DNA from: Fistulifera solaris
Lineage: Eukaryota
Reading direction: 5' to 3'
DNA length: 64,000 nt
Assembly: GCA_030295235.1 (NCBI GenBank)
Contig: AP026162.1
Span: 1,550,001 to 1,614,000 of the forward strand
This document shows positions 45,500-57,694 of this stretch, in pieces (position 1 is the stretch's first letter; each line of letters starts with the position of its first letter). The notes beneath the pieces are model-generated. The model worked only from the letters and a program-made list of their open reading frames with translations, was not told the DNA's origin and made no database searches. Made by a program: the position numbers and the translations under genes.

Positions 45500-47941
45500 A
45501 TGTATCCGTTGTTTCGTTCCGTCAAGTCGATCTGCATAGTTCTATGGACCGTGCTTTGGATCATTCCGTTGCATCATTCCTTTCATCTGACACACCGCCG
45601 ATCACAATTTGCAACGACACGGAACGCGCATGCATCTACTGGATGGTTTCCTGTCTTGGAAGTGGAACAGGAGGATGATATATTTCATGAAAACGATGCG
45701 CAGGAAATATTAGAAGCGCAGTCGGCCATTTTGGCGGCCGACTTAGCGCGCGCTCGACTGAATTCGATCGAGAAAACATCCACAATCAACGCAACCTTTA
45801 CACGCGAAATGGAACCATTCGTACGGGGTCGATTTATGGATCTAACATGTACGGCTGTGGGTGAACAGAGTCTCGAGAATTTATTCTTTGATCAATCTGC
45901 TTTGGTTCAACGTGCCGTTGAGGAGGCGTCCACCTGGGATGTTCTCCGTGGAGCCGTCCTCACCTTCCAGTCGCTGTGTGCCATGGCTACGCAAGTAGGA
46001 TTGCGGGGACCGCCGGAACAGTTAAAACGGATGGTAGCTCATTTAGACGATCGGAATGATAAAACGTTGATCGAACGAGATTTTCGACACACGTGGGACC
46101 GGGATAGTGTGCGGCGACTCAAATATAAGGTCGATCGGTCTCCCGCTCTGGATTTGCTCGCCGAACTCATGTGGAAACGAACGCCACAGGGTGCTTTTGA
46201 TTTACTTATTAGACTGGGAGCTTGGACGGAACACGAAGATCTGGCGTTACTGCGCAGTGGATTTCCATTACGATTCACCGAGGAAGAGGATGCATTGGCG
46301 AAACAAGCTTTCAAAGACGAACGTGACCCTGATGCGATGTTGGGAATTCGGAAAGATCTGAGGCATTTGAAGGTGTACACGATTGATGGCGCTTCGACAA
46401 CTGAAATCGATGACGGTCTTTCCCTAGAGACTGTATCCAAACCCGACGGGACGACGCGAAATCGGATATGGATTCACATTGCTGATGCAGACCGCTGGGC
46501 ACCGCGTGGGTCGAAGCTCTTGAAATCGCTAGGCAACGAATTACATCGTTGTATCTTCCTTTGGGATCAATATTTATGTTTCCCTCCAGCGTCAGCTCCG
46601 ACTTAATGGCGCTAAAGACCCACAGAGATTCATACGCTTTGTCATTAGCGGTTGAGCTGAACGAAGACGGATCGGTCGATCCAGACTCGTTGATGCTGAC
46701 TCCTTCGATTATTCGTGTTACATATCGCCTTACCTATGATGAGGTAGACGAAATGCTTGAAGAAGGTATTGGATATCATGAGGAATGGGAGTTAGGTGCT
46801 TTGCTCGCGGAAGCGAAAAAGCGCCGCAAATATCGCTGTGCGAATGGTTCGAGCGAACAGCTCATTCCTCGTCCCATCCCGACAGCCTCTCTGTCGGTAG
46901 ATCGCAACAATACGCTTCCAGATGAGTTTGATATTTCGTTGAGCATACAAGTCGCTTACAACTCGGGGCAGAATCAAAGCAAAGCGACACTTGAAAACCC
47001 GAATTCACCTCCCAGCTTTGAAGATCCTGTATCATCATCGTATCTTTTGGTTACCGAGGCTATGATCATGTCGGGGGAGTGCCTCGGACACTGGAAAACT
47101 AAAATAGAACACGACTATAAACAAAACAGCGGCAATGAACACGATAATACTTTGCGGCTTGCCTTTCGAGCTCAACCCAAACCAGGTAAGTGACTTGTGT
47201 CTCCTTATGACCAAGCTCTTCCAAGCGTCTCAACGCTCGTTTCCAGAGTTTCTACAGAGATTGCGAGAATACAAAACGTTTTTAGATTTATTAGAACAGA
47301 ATGTCGGCGATGGTTATTGTCACGCCTGGTACGGCCGCCGTTTTTTGCAAGGTGCAAAAGTATCGGAAACCAAAATGCCCCACGCCGGACTCGGTCTTAG
47401 TAGCTATGTGCAATGGAGTAGCCCGATCCGCCGTTTCTCCGATCTGCAAGTCCATTCTTGCATCAAACGATATCTGCGGAGAAACCGTGTCTATGAGTTA
47501 TGGAAAGCGGGAGAGAGTATTCCGGACGGACTTACTTCACTAGATCTTGGTCTTCCGCAAGGTTTCGAGGATGAGAGCGGCCGACTAAAACCGCCAACAG
47601 CACCAATAAAGACAGATATGCTGGACAACGATATTGATTTCATGGAAGGAGGAGGCTTATTGGGTGCCGCAAGAAATCTCCAGAGACGGTCCCAGGAGTA
47701 TTGGCACTTTGAGTACATTCGCCGAGCATATGTTGCTGACCCTGGGAAGGTCTATGATGCTGTAATCCTTGGTCTTGTCGATCCCGCGAAGCGTCAACAT
47801 GCTATATATGTTTATGAGCTTGGTTTGGAACACCGCTACACCTCACCAGCTGGCATACTAGATGCAGGTGTCAAATTGAGACTCTTGGTGGATGATGTCT
47901 CTCCACGGCACGGATTACTATCATTCGTCCGCACAATGTAA
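45500..47941 (+). CDS. Ribonuclease II/R (RNB domain) family protein, probably organellar
   Basis: YTIDGASTTEIDDGLS, IHIAD, YLP, HAGLGLSSYVQWSSPIRRFSDLQVH motifs; frameshift at ~46520; intron from 47186. Confidence 0.9.
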
Positions 47942-47962
47942 CATTTAATCATGATTGTAACT

Positions 47963-48818
47963 TTACTGCAGCGACGCTGCATTTGTTTGTGACAATCGTT
48001 TCTGCTCTTCGGCTACCCATCGCTCGGCGTCTTGCCAGCCTTCTTCGTATACAGATGTCAAATCTTTCCTCGACGTTGCTTGCGTCGCAATGCGAAAGAG
48101 ACGCTCGAGCTGGCCATCGCCTTCCGCACGTGGAGAAATACAGTCTTTTAAAAGCGAGGCATCCAAGCCTATTTTGTCTTTGGGAAAACAAGTGACAGTA
48201 ATTGTGCGATCGACGTCAATGTTGGCTACCGCAAAGTCTGGGCAACCGAAGCGCTCCCTCGGAACGGTGAAGTAGCCATCCACGAGCAGGCGAGGGTAGC
48301 CCTCCGACGTGTCCAAATGGAAAGGTAAATTGGTTGTAAAGAACGGAAACATTGAGGGAATGACACACCGAGCGAACAAGCTCGCTACGGTTGTTGAATT
48401 GTGTTTGAAGTATGTTGCGCGCTCGAGGAAACACCTCTCGATATGCGATCCCTGTAATACCAGGCCGTGACATGGCGTCCTCGAACCTCTCTTCCGTGAG
48501 GAGTTCATCGAGTTTTTCTCTCAGCAAAGGCAAGAGCCGCCCCCGAGCTCCTCCCATTTGTTCACAGCGATCGGAAATATCAATGGTCGCCTCTAAAACT
48601 TGGGCAGACGGCACTCGACTCGCGTGACTAGCACACGCAATGGCTCCGGCGGATGAGCCGGCGATAGGCGTCTCTGGGGTCAACATCTGATGGTACTCGA
48701 GAGCGCCAATCACGCCGACATGATAGGGAAGCAACAGTCCTCCCGGAGAGAACGAGAACCCAGTCTTCATCTTTGTAAAGGCTATTTGGTAGGCGAATGA
48801 ACTGCAATGCTTCACCAC
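47963..48818 (-). CDS. Patatin-like phospholipase
   Basis: FSPGGLLLPYHVG, GSSAGA nucleophile elbow and LVDG catalytic Asp; frameshift at ~48360. Confidence 0.85.
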
Positions 48819-49635
48819 AAAAGCGAAAATTTTCGATAGGTCGAACCGCCGTGTAAAAGCAATATGAGTTATAACAGTAAAAAGCGGCGTGGCGCTTTTC
48901 TCAGGAAAACCGTGTCCCGTGATTTGATACTACACTCAATCTTAGTGTAATGCTTTCGTTTCCAGCCTGTGAGTCACGAGTCTTTAAAGTGGGTGCAGTC
49001 TGTCCGTGCGTCCTCTGCGACATTTATCAGCCACACTGCGACGCAGACCGACACCAGAGTACCGCTCCGAAATCTCCTTTACTTTTGAATAAGACACTAA
49101 CATTTCTGGTACTTTGATGTCTAGTGTGCTCAAACCGTGCTTTTCAGCCAAAAATGCAAGGGCATAACACAGGATTTTTTGCCGCTTTTTTTCACCCTCA
49201 TTTTGTATTATTGAGCGACCTTTTGAAGCAGATAAACGATATACTTCTCGATTTTTCTGCATTTAATTATAGTCATGCGATTAAGAAGGCGTAAATGAAG
49301 GATGCGCGTGAAAAAATGGATTGAGTAAGGGCTTAATTCCTTCATTAGAGGGTGGATTTGCCCAGTGGTTCTTGTCTCCTCCGAGCATGATCTTACCAGC
49401 AGCTCGACGATGGCTTAATTTCGGCCGAAGAGGGACATGATCTTGTAGAAATAGCTACAGATACGAGGCTAGAGGAGATGGGGGATACGATTGTTTACTG
49501 TAATCATTTGTCATCGCGAATCTGGACCGCCGTAGATACTGATTTACTAGATAGTAGACCTAGTACGGCGCTGGGGCGATGTTCTTCGAGATTGGGACCA
49601 TCTCTGTAGATTTTTCAGACGCCAAAATCACATTG

Positions 49636-51100
49636 TCAGATGTTTGCTATCCTAGCAAACGCTACCCATGTCACCCGATGTGATTGTCTCATCAGGGCAC
49701 AGCGCAAATAGCGACTCGTAAGAGTCCTGTCCGTGACAGGAAGCCAAAAATTAAGCTCACCATTCTGATGACCATATTGCGCAGCATCGTGTGCCTTTAC
49801 TTGCGTCCAAGCAGGCCCAGGTTGCAGACGTAATGTAGGAGGCCGTTGGTAGTAAAAGGTGACGTCCTGTTGGTCTTCGGCAACACCAGCGGATACTAGG
49901 CGTCTCTTCAGATAGGGCAAAACAACTTCCAAAAGAAATTTATCGAATAAATCCAGAAATTCATTGTCTTCCACAATAAAATCTGAAAGATATTTTTGGG
50001 CACTTTCACACTGTCCTCCATTGACCTCGCGCCATGTTGATGGTACAGCTAGAACGAAATCTTCCAAACGACGTTCTGCACTTTCCGTCGAACGAAATTC
50101 TCCAACAGTGTTTGAGTCGCACCATGAGAGCAAGCGTATCAGCGCTCCCTTTACATCATAATTTTCCAAGTCGTATTCAAACACTTCTTCCTTTCGAACG
50201 TCATCCAGAAGCCAGGTGGTACCAGTTTCCTACCCGTCGCTGGTTTGGGATTTGGATCGTGTGTTCGCTTGAACGGTGCAAACTTCCACGCGATGCGCGG
50301 ATGATTTGAGCGTGGGTATGCCGCAATTGTAAACGAACACCAATAATCTCTCTTCGTCTTGTGGCTTTTTCGCGTACGGGTCTACATCTACGAACGGTGC
50401 TTCTATCCTTAACGCCGCCTTGGAATTGTTGCGCACACAATAAATGACGCCGTTGCTGGCCACCACTCCTCCTTCCCACTTTGCTAAACCTTGCACAGGG
50501 CACGGCAATGGCCACGTCGTGACATCTTCGGACCTGTAATCAATCTGAAGAACACTTTCGGCACCCAGCGGGATCGCGAACACCATGCGCTTATGCTTGA
50601 GTGTCAATCCATTTTGCCACTTGTTTTGACAAATGCGCTCCATCTGTTCATTAAAAATGTTGAGGCCAATATTCCGAACAGTCCGTGTCGCCGTGTCTAC
50701 TTGGAGTACATATTCGCTCCCGCTGGGGAAGCAATAGACTTTGCCATCCATGCCCGTCATGGCACCCATATACTTGTACTTTCCACCCGTTCGATGGCGT
50801 CCGGTTTGAATCGCATCATTCGTTACTTCCGTTAATATCGGCTCCGGATCGGATGGTTCAACAAAATGAACTGAATCAGCATTCGCTGGAACTGAAACGT
50901 TCGTCCCATCCGGTGCGGCCGACGCTCCGTGCCATTTGTGACCTCCATTGCCATAATCTCCGTGCAATGTAATTTTATCCGGCGCCATGATCCGTATAAC
51001 ATGAGGTGAATTGTGAGGTATACCAAAATTCGCTCCATCTTGATTCCCGACCACCCCGCCGTACCATTAACAGCGTCCAGCAATTGATATGCCGCTGACA
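49636..51100 (-). pseudogene. Truncated beta-propeller-repeat + 2OG/Fe oxygenase-like gene fragment
   Basis: KWHGA/KYMGA/KWQNG/KWEGG repeats, then YQRPPTLRLQPG..HDAAQYGHQNGELNFWLP; lacks a start, is frameshifted and ends abruptly at ~49715. Confidence 0.6.
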
Positions 51101-52019
51101 AATCTCGATCGCCTACTTTACCGCGAGAAAAATGCCTAGTGCATGAAGGTAAAGACAGAACGAGCAGAAAAGGGGGTCTGTGTCTGTGTCTGTGTCTGCG
51201 AGCTTTGGAATACCATAGGATCAGCCTTGGAATATCTTTCTGTCTCATAGCGTTTGCCGAGGTAAACCTCGGGAAGAAAATCGATACTTCGGTGAATTGA
51301 AAGCGTTGATGAGACAGGCAGGTGACGATCTACTCATCAAACGGACACAACCTGATACTCAGAAATATGTATTTACTTTGGCGCTCAAGATCGAAGTCCA
51401 TTAAGCACCGGTCAACATCACGCCAGGGTTCGGATCAAGAAACGCTCTGCTGATGATTCTCCCCCAAACCTGCTCTTCTACATTCGGCTATCCCTCCGCA
51501 GCTAACACAATATGCCTTGCCTCTTCGATTCTAGACACAAACCTCCAAGCCGTGAAGCTCCCTTCGTAGCACGTACCGCAAAGCGGTTGATAGAACACAG
51601 TTCGTTCTGTGATGCCCAGTCTTTCTCAATTCGACTTGCGTATTGGTTTCATTGTGCTGTATTCAATGTTCGCCTTTAAAGTCCTGTCTTTAGCTGTATG
51701 AGGTACATGTTCGATTGCCGATCGCGCAAGTAGATTCGTGAATTTTCTGCGGGCTTTGTTTTATGAAGCAATGCGTTTGAGCAGCGTCTGATCGACCAAA
51801 GCAGTTTGCTTTAGTCGCTAGTATTGAAAAATAGCGTTAACGTTTTAAAAGAGTGAATGCACCGAATGAACAATAATGATCACATCAACCGCCGAACCGA
51901 TCCTTGGGGCGGATAACACAGCTGCGGCCACATCTCCCGGCTCCCGGTCCCTTCCTCAAAACATTGTCTTATTCAATCATCTTTTCTTTTGAGTAAGTAT
52001 TATGATTTCTTGATTTATT

Positions 52020-52547
52020 GTGGAGCCAGGTCATTTCCTATAAGAAATAATAAGATGTAAGCTGCAGAGCTATTACGCGATGGAGCAAAATGAAGCCTTT
52101 CGTCCGATTTTGCCTTACAATCCCCTTGCAAAATGTTACGGATTTCACTTAACCAAAACGACATTTCCCAGATGGATTATATTTAGCTGGCGAAAACCAT
52201 TTATGAACTATAGTCGATTGTGTAGGCGGAAAGCCATAAAGTGGCGACGGTCTCCCTCTAAGTCATTAAGGTTATTCAACTTTTAGATCAAATAACCTTA
52301 ATTAATTGAGCAAAAACAGATCCCTTTATGGTTTTCCGCCTACACAACCGACTATAGTTCATAAATGGTTTTTGAGAGCTAAATAAAATCCATCTGAGAA
52401 ATGTCGTTTTAACTAAGTGAAATCCGTAACATTTTGCAAGGGGATTGTAAGGCAAAATTTCGGACGAAAGGCTTCATTATTTTGCTTCATCACGCAACTC
52501 TGCAGCCTATATCTTGTTATTCAATGGAAGAAATGCCCCGGCTTCAC
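52020..52547. mobile_element. Long inverted repeat / MITE-like foldback (arms ~220 bp, spacer ~82 bp)
   Basis: 52020-52241 is the imperfect reverse complement of 52324-52547 (e.g. CCTTACAATCCCCTTGCAAAATGTTACGGATTTCACTTA / TAAGTGAAATCCGTAACATTTTGCAAGGGGATTGTAAGG). Confidence 0.85.
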
Positions 52548-52677
52548 GCTTGCTTTTAAACAAACTCTAAGAGATCTGGATCTTGCGCATCTATCGCAGC
52601 AATCACTTTTCCGCAGCAAATCGAGACTGCTCTCTAAGCATCGCTTCATAAATCAGGCGCACACGCATGAACCGAAT

Positions 52678-53125
52678 ATGACGGGTTTTTCCAAGAACGC
52701 TGTACTCTACGGACAAGTCGTGGTGGGTCCTCCTGGGGCGGGAAAAACGACGTATTGCAACTTGCAACGGTATGCAACAATATTTGTGTCTGCTGCAACG
52801 CAATGCGTGGGTGATGAATATGGATAGCGAACGATCCGGGCGATTTGTATGAAACAGTACCTTGTATTTGATGTACGACACGACTCGGATTGATCGGCTC
52901 TTTCGGATAAAACGCGAATTATGAAGCCTCAATCCAATGACGCGGTCTCATTTCAGAGCAACGAAGCAGGTTAAACAAGATGCGGCCCAACTTGAAGAGG
53001 CTGCGCTTGTCTACTTAGTAAATAATGCTTTATTTCCGACCGCTTTTTTTGTTGCATTATACCTTCATTTCGAGTGGATGCCTCGAAAAATGACGGCACG
53101 TCTACACTATTGGAAACGATTTTGA
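52678..53125 (+). pseudogene. Degenerate GPN-loop GTPase (GPN2-like) fragment
   Basis: YGQVVVGPPGAGKTTYCN, then shifted GMQQYL..RNAWVMNMD; downstream sequence decays with stops. Confidence 0.7.
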
Positions 53126-53398
53126 GCTGTTGTAAACGAAAAATATCTATTGGGACCCAAGCACTGCTCTGCAATATCGCCTGAAACCCAACGTGTTGAC
53201 TGGCTCGTCAGGATGAGGCGCGGAATATAAATCCTCAGACACAATATTAGGACGAAGCATTTTGACCAGTTCCATAGGGTAAAGGGTCGCTCGATGTTCA
53301 TCATAATTGTCATATTAGTACATCATAAGGAGTTTTACTATAGTGTTACGTTGACCTAATATATAGATCTACAACGCTTTAAGAATTGTTGCTAATCG

Positions 53399-54874
53399 TT
53401 ATACCTTCCAAATAAAAGCGTCCCCGTCCATTGAGGCGCCGCATAAGCAGCTCCCGTCCTCATTAAAGGACAGATGGTTCAGCGTGGTTGAAGTGCCCAG
53501 TCTATCGGTCAACGCGACTTGATAGTTGCTTCGATCCATGTCAAACTTTCGTTTCCGACTGGAAAAATTTAACTCGTCAACCTTCAGCTCATCAATTTCT
53601 AAGTTGGATTCGTGCACAGCTGCGACACAACCCATGTCCGCACATAATGAAGAGACAGGAGCGCTGGAACCCACATACTTTCGCTCAAGACATTGCAATT
53701 TAACACCGCGGAGAGTATCCAGAAGGAAATCTTGGCGAACATGCTCACACTTCTTAGTGACTAGCGCCGAGACCAGTACTCGGTCTCCGCCGACTGCTGA
53801 AAGCTTGTATTGCGTCACATCCTGACCCTTGGATGATATCAGATTGTCATAAGAAGAAATTGGTGAAGAGGGACAGGCGACATCCTTGGGATAAGCCGGT
53901 AGTAGGATTTCGCTGCAAAAGGATCTTGTGTTTCGTAGATCCCATACACAAACAACCGTCCGGGCAAGGTTTTCCTGAACGGTTGCTACGCTTCTGTCTG
54001 TAAGAAAGCAGCCTCCTTTAAAATCCATCATTGTATCCTTCTTTTCATCCATGGAGAAGTAGATTGCGTTCTGTGACAAATTAAAGCGTGTATCACAAAG
54101 AGTAACACCAAAATAATCATTAGGATCTCCCATGTGCAAAGCTTGAATATTTCCTGTCATATGTTCCCAAAAGTCCCAGCACTGAATGGACTGTAGCGGC
54201 TGACAATCCAAATTATCCCATTGGTATATTTCCGGCAGAGCTGTCGATAAGAACGGGTCGTCTATTTGTTCTTGCAAACTAGCAAACCTGCCATGATAGC
54301 GACGCATTGCTCTTCTAGCTGTCCAGCCTTTTCGTATGAAATTAGAATTGTGATTGGCTGTCATATTGACTTTCTTTTCGAGGAACTGGTTGGTTGTCCC
54401 TGTGCTCCACCACTTTGTTGACTGGATTGGTGTCGACGATGGCTTGCCGTATTCGGTGTCGTACACCTGAAGATCGCCTGTAGGCATGCCTACCGCGATT
54501 GATTGTCCTCTATCAAAGCTACGACATTCGAAATGACGAAAAATCCAGTTGGAGGACGGAAAACTTCCCAGTTTCAAAGAACATTCCAGTGTTGTCTTGT
54601 CGTTACAGACCTTCTCCTTCAAGCGAATGATATCTAAGGTCCCATTCGACGAGCACGCCATGATTGTATCGCGGTTATCAACAAACCAGCAACCACAATA
54701 GGGACTCATGGACGAATTTCTATACACATGATCCACATTGTTGCGATGTGCTGCGATCTTTTCGCGGAAACGCCTCTTCACGAGTTTGTTGGCGAAATCT
54801 TTTCTGGATTTTTGCGACCCCCTATGCGTGTAAATTGTGTCAGTTGTCTCAAACAGGTTGGTGGAACTCTTCAT
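53399..54874 (-). CDS. Divergent WD40/beta-propeller protein
   Basis: Long intact ORF; VCVWDLRN and LSFNEDGSCLCGASMDGDAFIWKV. Confidence 0.65.
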   Translation of the reverse strand: MKSSTNLFETTDTIYTHRGSQKSRKDFANKLVKRRFREKIAAHRNNVDHVYRNSSMSPYCGCWFVDNRDTIMACSSNGTLDIIRLKEKVCNDKTTLECSLKLGSFPSSNWIFRHFECRSFDRGQSIAVGMPTGDLQVYDTEYGKPSSTPIQSTKWWSTGTTNQFLEKKVNMTANHNSNFIRKGWTARRAMRRYHGRFASLQEQIDDPFLSTALPEIYQWDNLDCQPLQSIQCWDFWEHMTGNIQALHMGDPNDYFGVTLCDTRFNLSQNAIYFSMDEKKDTMMDFKGGCFLTDRSVATVQENLARTVVCVWDLRNTRSFCSEILLPAYPKDVACPSSPISSYDNLISSKGQDVTQYKLSAVGGDRVLVSALVTKKCEHVRQDFLLDTLRGVKLQCLERKYVGSSAPVSSLCADMGCVAAVHESNLEIDELKVDELNFSSRKRKFDMDRSNYQVALTDRLGTSTTLNHLSFNEDGSCLCGASMDGDAFIWKV

Positions 54875-55212
54875 GATAGCAGTTCCTTCTTTCCATTTGT
54901 TCAAATTCTTATTAACGTTCCGCTTTCGTCGTCATTGTCGATCGTCAAATCGTTTTATGCATCGTCGCATTTTTTGGTGTGAAAAATGGCATGTCTGGCT
55001 TACGTTAGTCCGGTACTCGTAAACCTATTACATTTATCCGTTGAAGATCATTTCGGTCACGACCATGTTTCGGTCTAAGGCTTATTAGTGCCACAAGACT
55101 ACAACACAGCAGACAGCAAAGCAGCTCGCACCTCGCATGCTGCTCCTCCCATTTGTTGACTGCAAAAGGCAACTACTCCCAACAAAATATCGGCGCATTG
55201 CAAAAGAAGACC

Positions 55213-56329
55213 ATGGAAGCCCCTGAAACTGCCCCCGAAGCAATTGCTCTTCCCGATCCCCCAACCGATGGTATCACGAGTCTCCGATACTTGTTAGGCG
55301 CACCGAAATCACTGTTAGCGTCGACCAGTTGGGATGGAAGCGTGCGAGTACACGATACCTCAGAACAACGGCGCGTTTTCTCTCATGCGATGGAATGTGG
55401 TCCTTTGTTAAGTCTGACGACGATTGACAGTAATGATCATCGACATTCGGTAGTAACAGGTGGGATGGACGGGTCCATCCGATCGGTTGATTTAGAGACG
55501 TCGGCTGCTGAGATCATCGGAAGTCACATGGAAAGTGAGACTCCTTCCTGCTCGTGCCTCCTTTCCTTAGCGGATTCCAGTTCTCCATCGCTGATTGCCT
55601 CGGCAGGATGGGACCAGCAATTTCATATCTGGGATATTCGTAAGAAGGGAAAACCCGCTGTGACTGTTGCTCTCCCGGGCAAAGCCTATTCGATGGATCT
55701 AGACCCCAAACACAATCGCGTTGCCCTGGCAACTTCGGGGCGGCGTACTTGCTTCATAGATATACGCAGTGGTACGGAGGCAGAGCTCGTACTGGATCGC
55801 GAATCCACCCTCAAATATCAGATGAGATGTATTCGATTCTTTCCGGAAGGTGATGGCATTGCGGTGGGCTCTGTCGAAGGCCGAGTGGCGGTCGAATACT
55901 TGGAGGAATTAGTTCCCAAATCCAATGCCAAGTTGAGTAAATATGCATTCAAGTGTCATCGATCCGGCGATGTTGTGTATCCCGTGAACTGCATCGAGTT
56001 TCATCCACGGTTCGGCACCTTTGCCACTGCTGGTTGTGATGGATGTGTCGGTAAGTGCTTTATCATGTCATAAATTTCTCTGATGATGTTTTCTCACGTT
56101 GATGAGCCCGGCCTTCTCAGCGCTTTGGGATGGGCAAAATAAAAAGAAATTGACGACGTTGCCCAAACTGCCGACATCCATCTCCGCGCTCGCGTTCAAC
56201 AGAGACGGCCAAGAGCTGGCGATCGCTTCGAGCTATACCTTTGAAGATGGCGAACGCGAACACCCTCATGACGAAATCTATATTAGAAAGATGCTTGACT
56301 CCGAGTGCATGCCAAAAACTGCAAAGTAA
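55213..56329 (+). CDS. BUB3: Mitotic checkpoint protein BUB3
   Basis: DGITSL, RESTLKYQMRCI, SVEGRVAVEY, YAFKCHR and LAIASSY motifs; intron 56051-56120. Confidence 0.93.
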
Positions 56330-56424
56330 TATGAAACGGTCTTACAAGTCAATTAGTCAAATGGTAAAAGCTACCAAGCACGGTTATCCTGTCGATACTC
56401 CCTGTCATGAAGGAGCGGAATAGT

Positions 56425-57186
56425 TTATATTAAACCTACGGCTTCAGCAAATCGGTTCATTTTTCGCTGCGTCGATTCGGTGACTTCGTCCCAGTAATTC
56501 ATTATCGAGCTTCGTTTTAACGTTTCTTGGCGTTGTTGCCTAATCTTCAACGCTTCCAACCAAGCTTGATTCACCTCATCCGTCGAAAACCCTCGGTGCT
56601 TCTCCAGTATTTGCTTACGGTCCTTGTACGAAAGCTTCAATTCTTTCCGTTTGCGCCTTGGTTCTCGGTCTCTTTCATACTCGTCTAAACTAATCTTTTT
56701 CGTGATTTCTTGTGAATAATCGAGTGACACAGGAGGACCTGATACAGCGGAAGGATGATCTCCAAGTGTCATGTAAAATTCGTGTATTTCCAAGCAATCG
56801 AATCCTACCGACCGTCGATTCGATGGGGCTGGATCTGGTTCTTCTGTGCAACGTTTTGACGATATGAAAGGTGCGCAATGGCAGTTCGCGCACCCCTCCA
56901 TGAGAACATTCGAAAGCTGTTCGAAGAAGCCGACCGGAACTTCTACTCCTTCGTCAATTGTCTCATTATAGTCGCATTTGCTTTCTTCTAATATCGCGTC
57001 GTCGTTGCTCTCGGCGGTCGCTTTGTTTGGGAATTCACAATTCATTTTAAGGACAACGCGTTGTTCCCTGTCGGTTAAATATTCTACTTCTATACTCCCA
57101 ACAAGTTGCGCATCCGTGTAGTTTTCCACCAGCCGTATTGTCGTCCGCTCGGGCTCCGCCGATCGTCTTTGGTCTTTTGATATCAT
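56425..57186 (-). CDS. Diatom-type hypothetical protein
   Basis: SVGFDCLEIHEFYMTLGDHPSAVSGPPVSL...SLDEYERDR..RR is a motif I recognise from an expanded diatom family of unknown function. Confidence 0.65.
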   Translation of the reverse strand: MISKDQRRSAEPERTTIRLVENYTDAQLVGSIEVEYLTDREQRVVLKMNCEFPNKATAESNDDAILEESKCDYNETIDEGVEVPVGFFEQLSNVLMEGCANCHCAPFISSKRCTEEPDPAPSNRRSVGFDCLEIHEFYMTLGDHPSAVSGPPVSLDYSQEITKKISLDEYERDREPRRKRKELKLSYKDRKQILEKHRGFSTDEVNQAWLEALKIRQQRQETLKRSSIMNYWDEVTESTQRKMNRFAEAVGLI

Positions 57187-57694
57187 TCGAACGACTAAAC
57201 AAGAATTCAGCTGAAGGGAGACGAAGAAATCCTTTCTTGTCAAGATGACTTTTGTTCTTGTAGACGGCTTTCAAATTTCGACACTCAACGAATGCAATAA
57301 AATGGCGGCATAGCCGGAGTTGCACGAAGAACAGGTCGTCAATTTATTTAGCTTATATATATGCTGCTGTTTACGTCACAAAAGTCTTTCAACGGAAAAC
57401 GTTCCGAGTGTCACTTAGTGGCATGGCATAATATATTTCCGTTGACAAGAATGTATTTGTTGGTACTTAGAGATGTCTACTGAGGGCTGAGGTGCACGCT
57501 CTGCGACATTGGTTTCCAACATTTCGACGAAAGCAAAAAATGCACCGCGCGAAAAAGAACTGCGTTACGAAAGGTAATAATTAGTAATAACTGCTTGTTT
57601 GATGCATGTTAATGATAGTCTTGTGATCGAGCTAAAATCCTATTCAGAAGGCCAAAACCATCATTTAGGTCGCGACAGTCGTACTCGTCCCTCC

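Noticed and set aside
51176..51198. (TGTCTG)n microsatellite
   Set aside because: Short simple repeat with no further structure.
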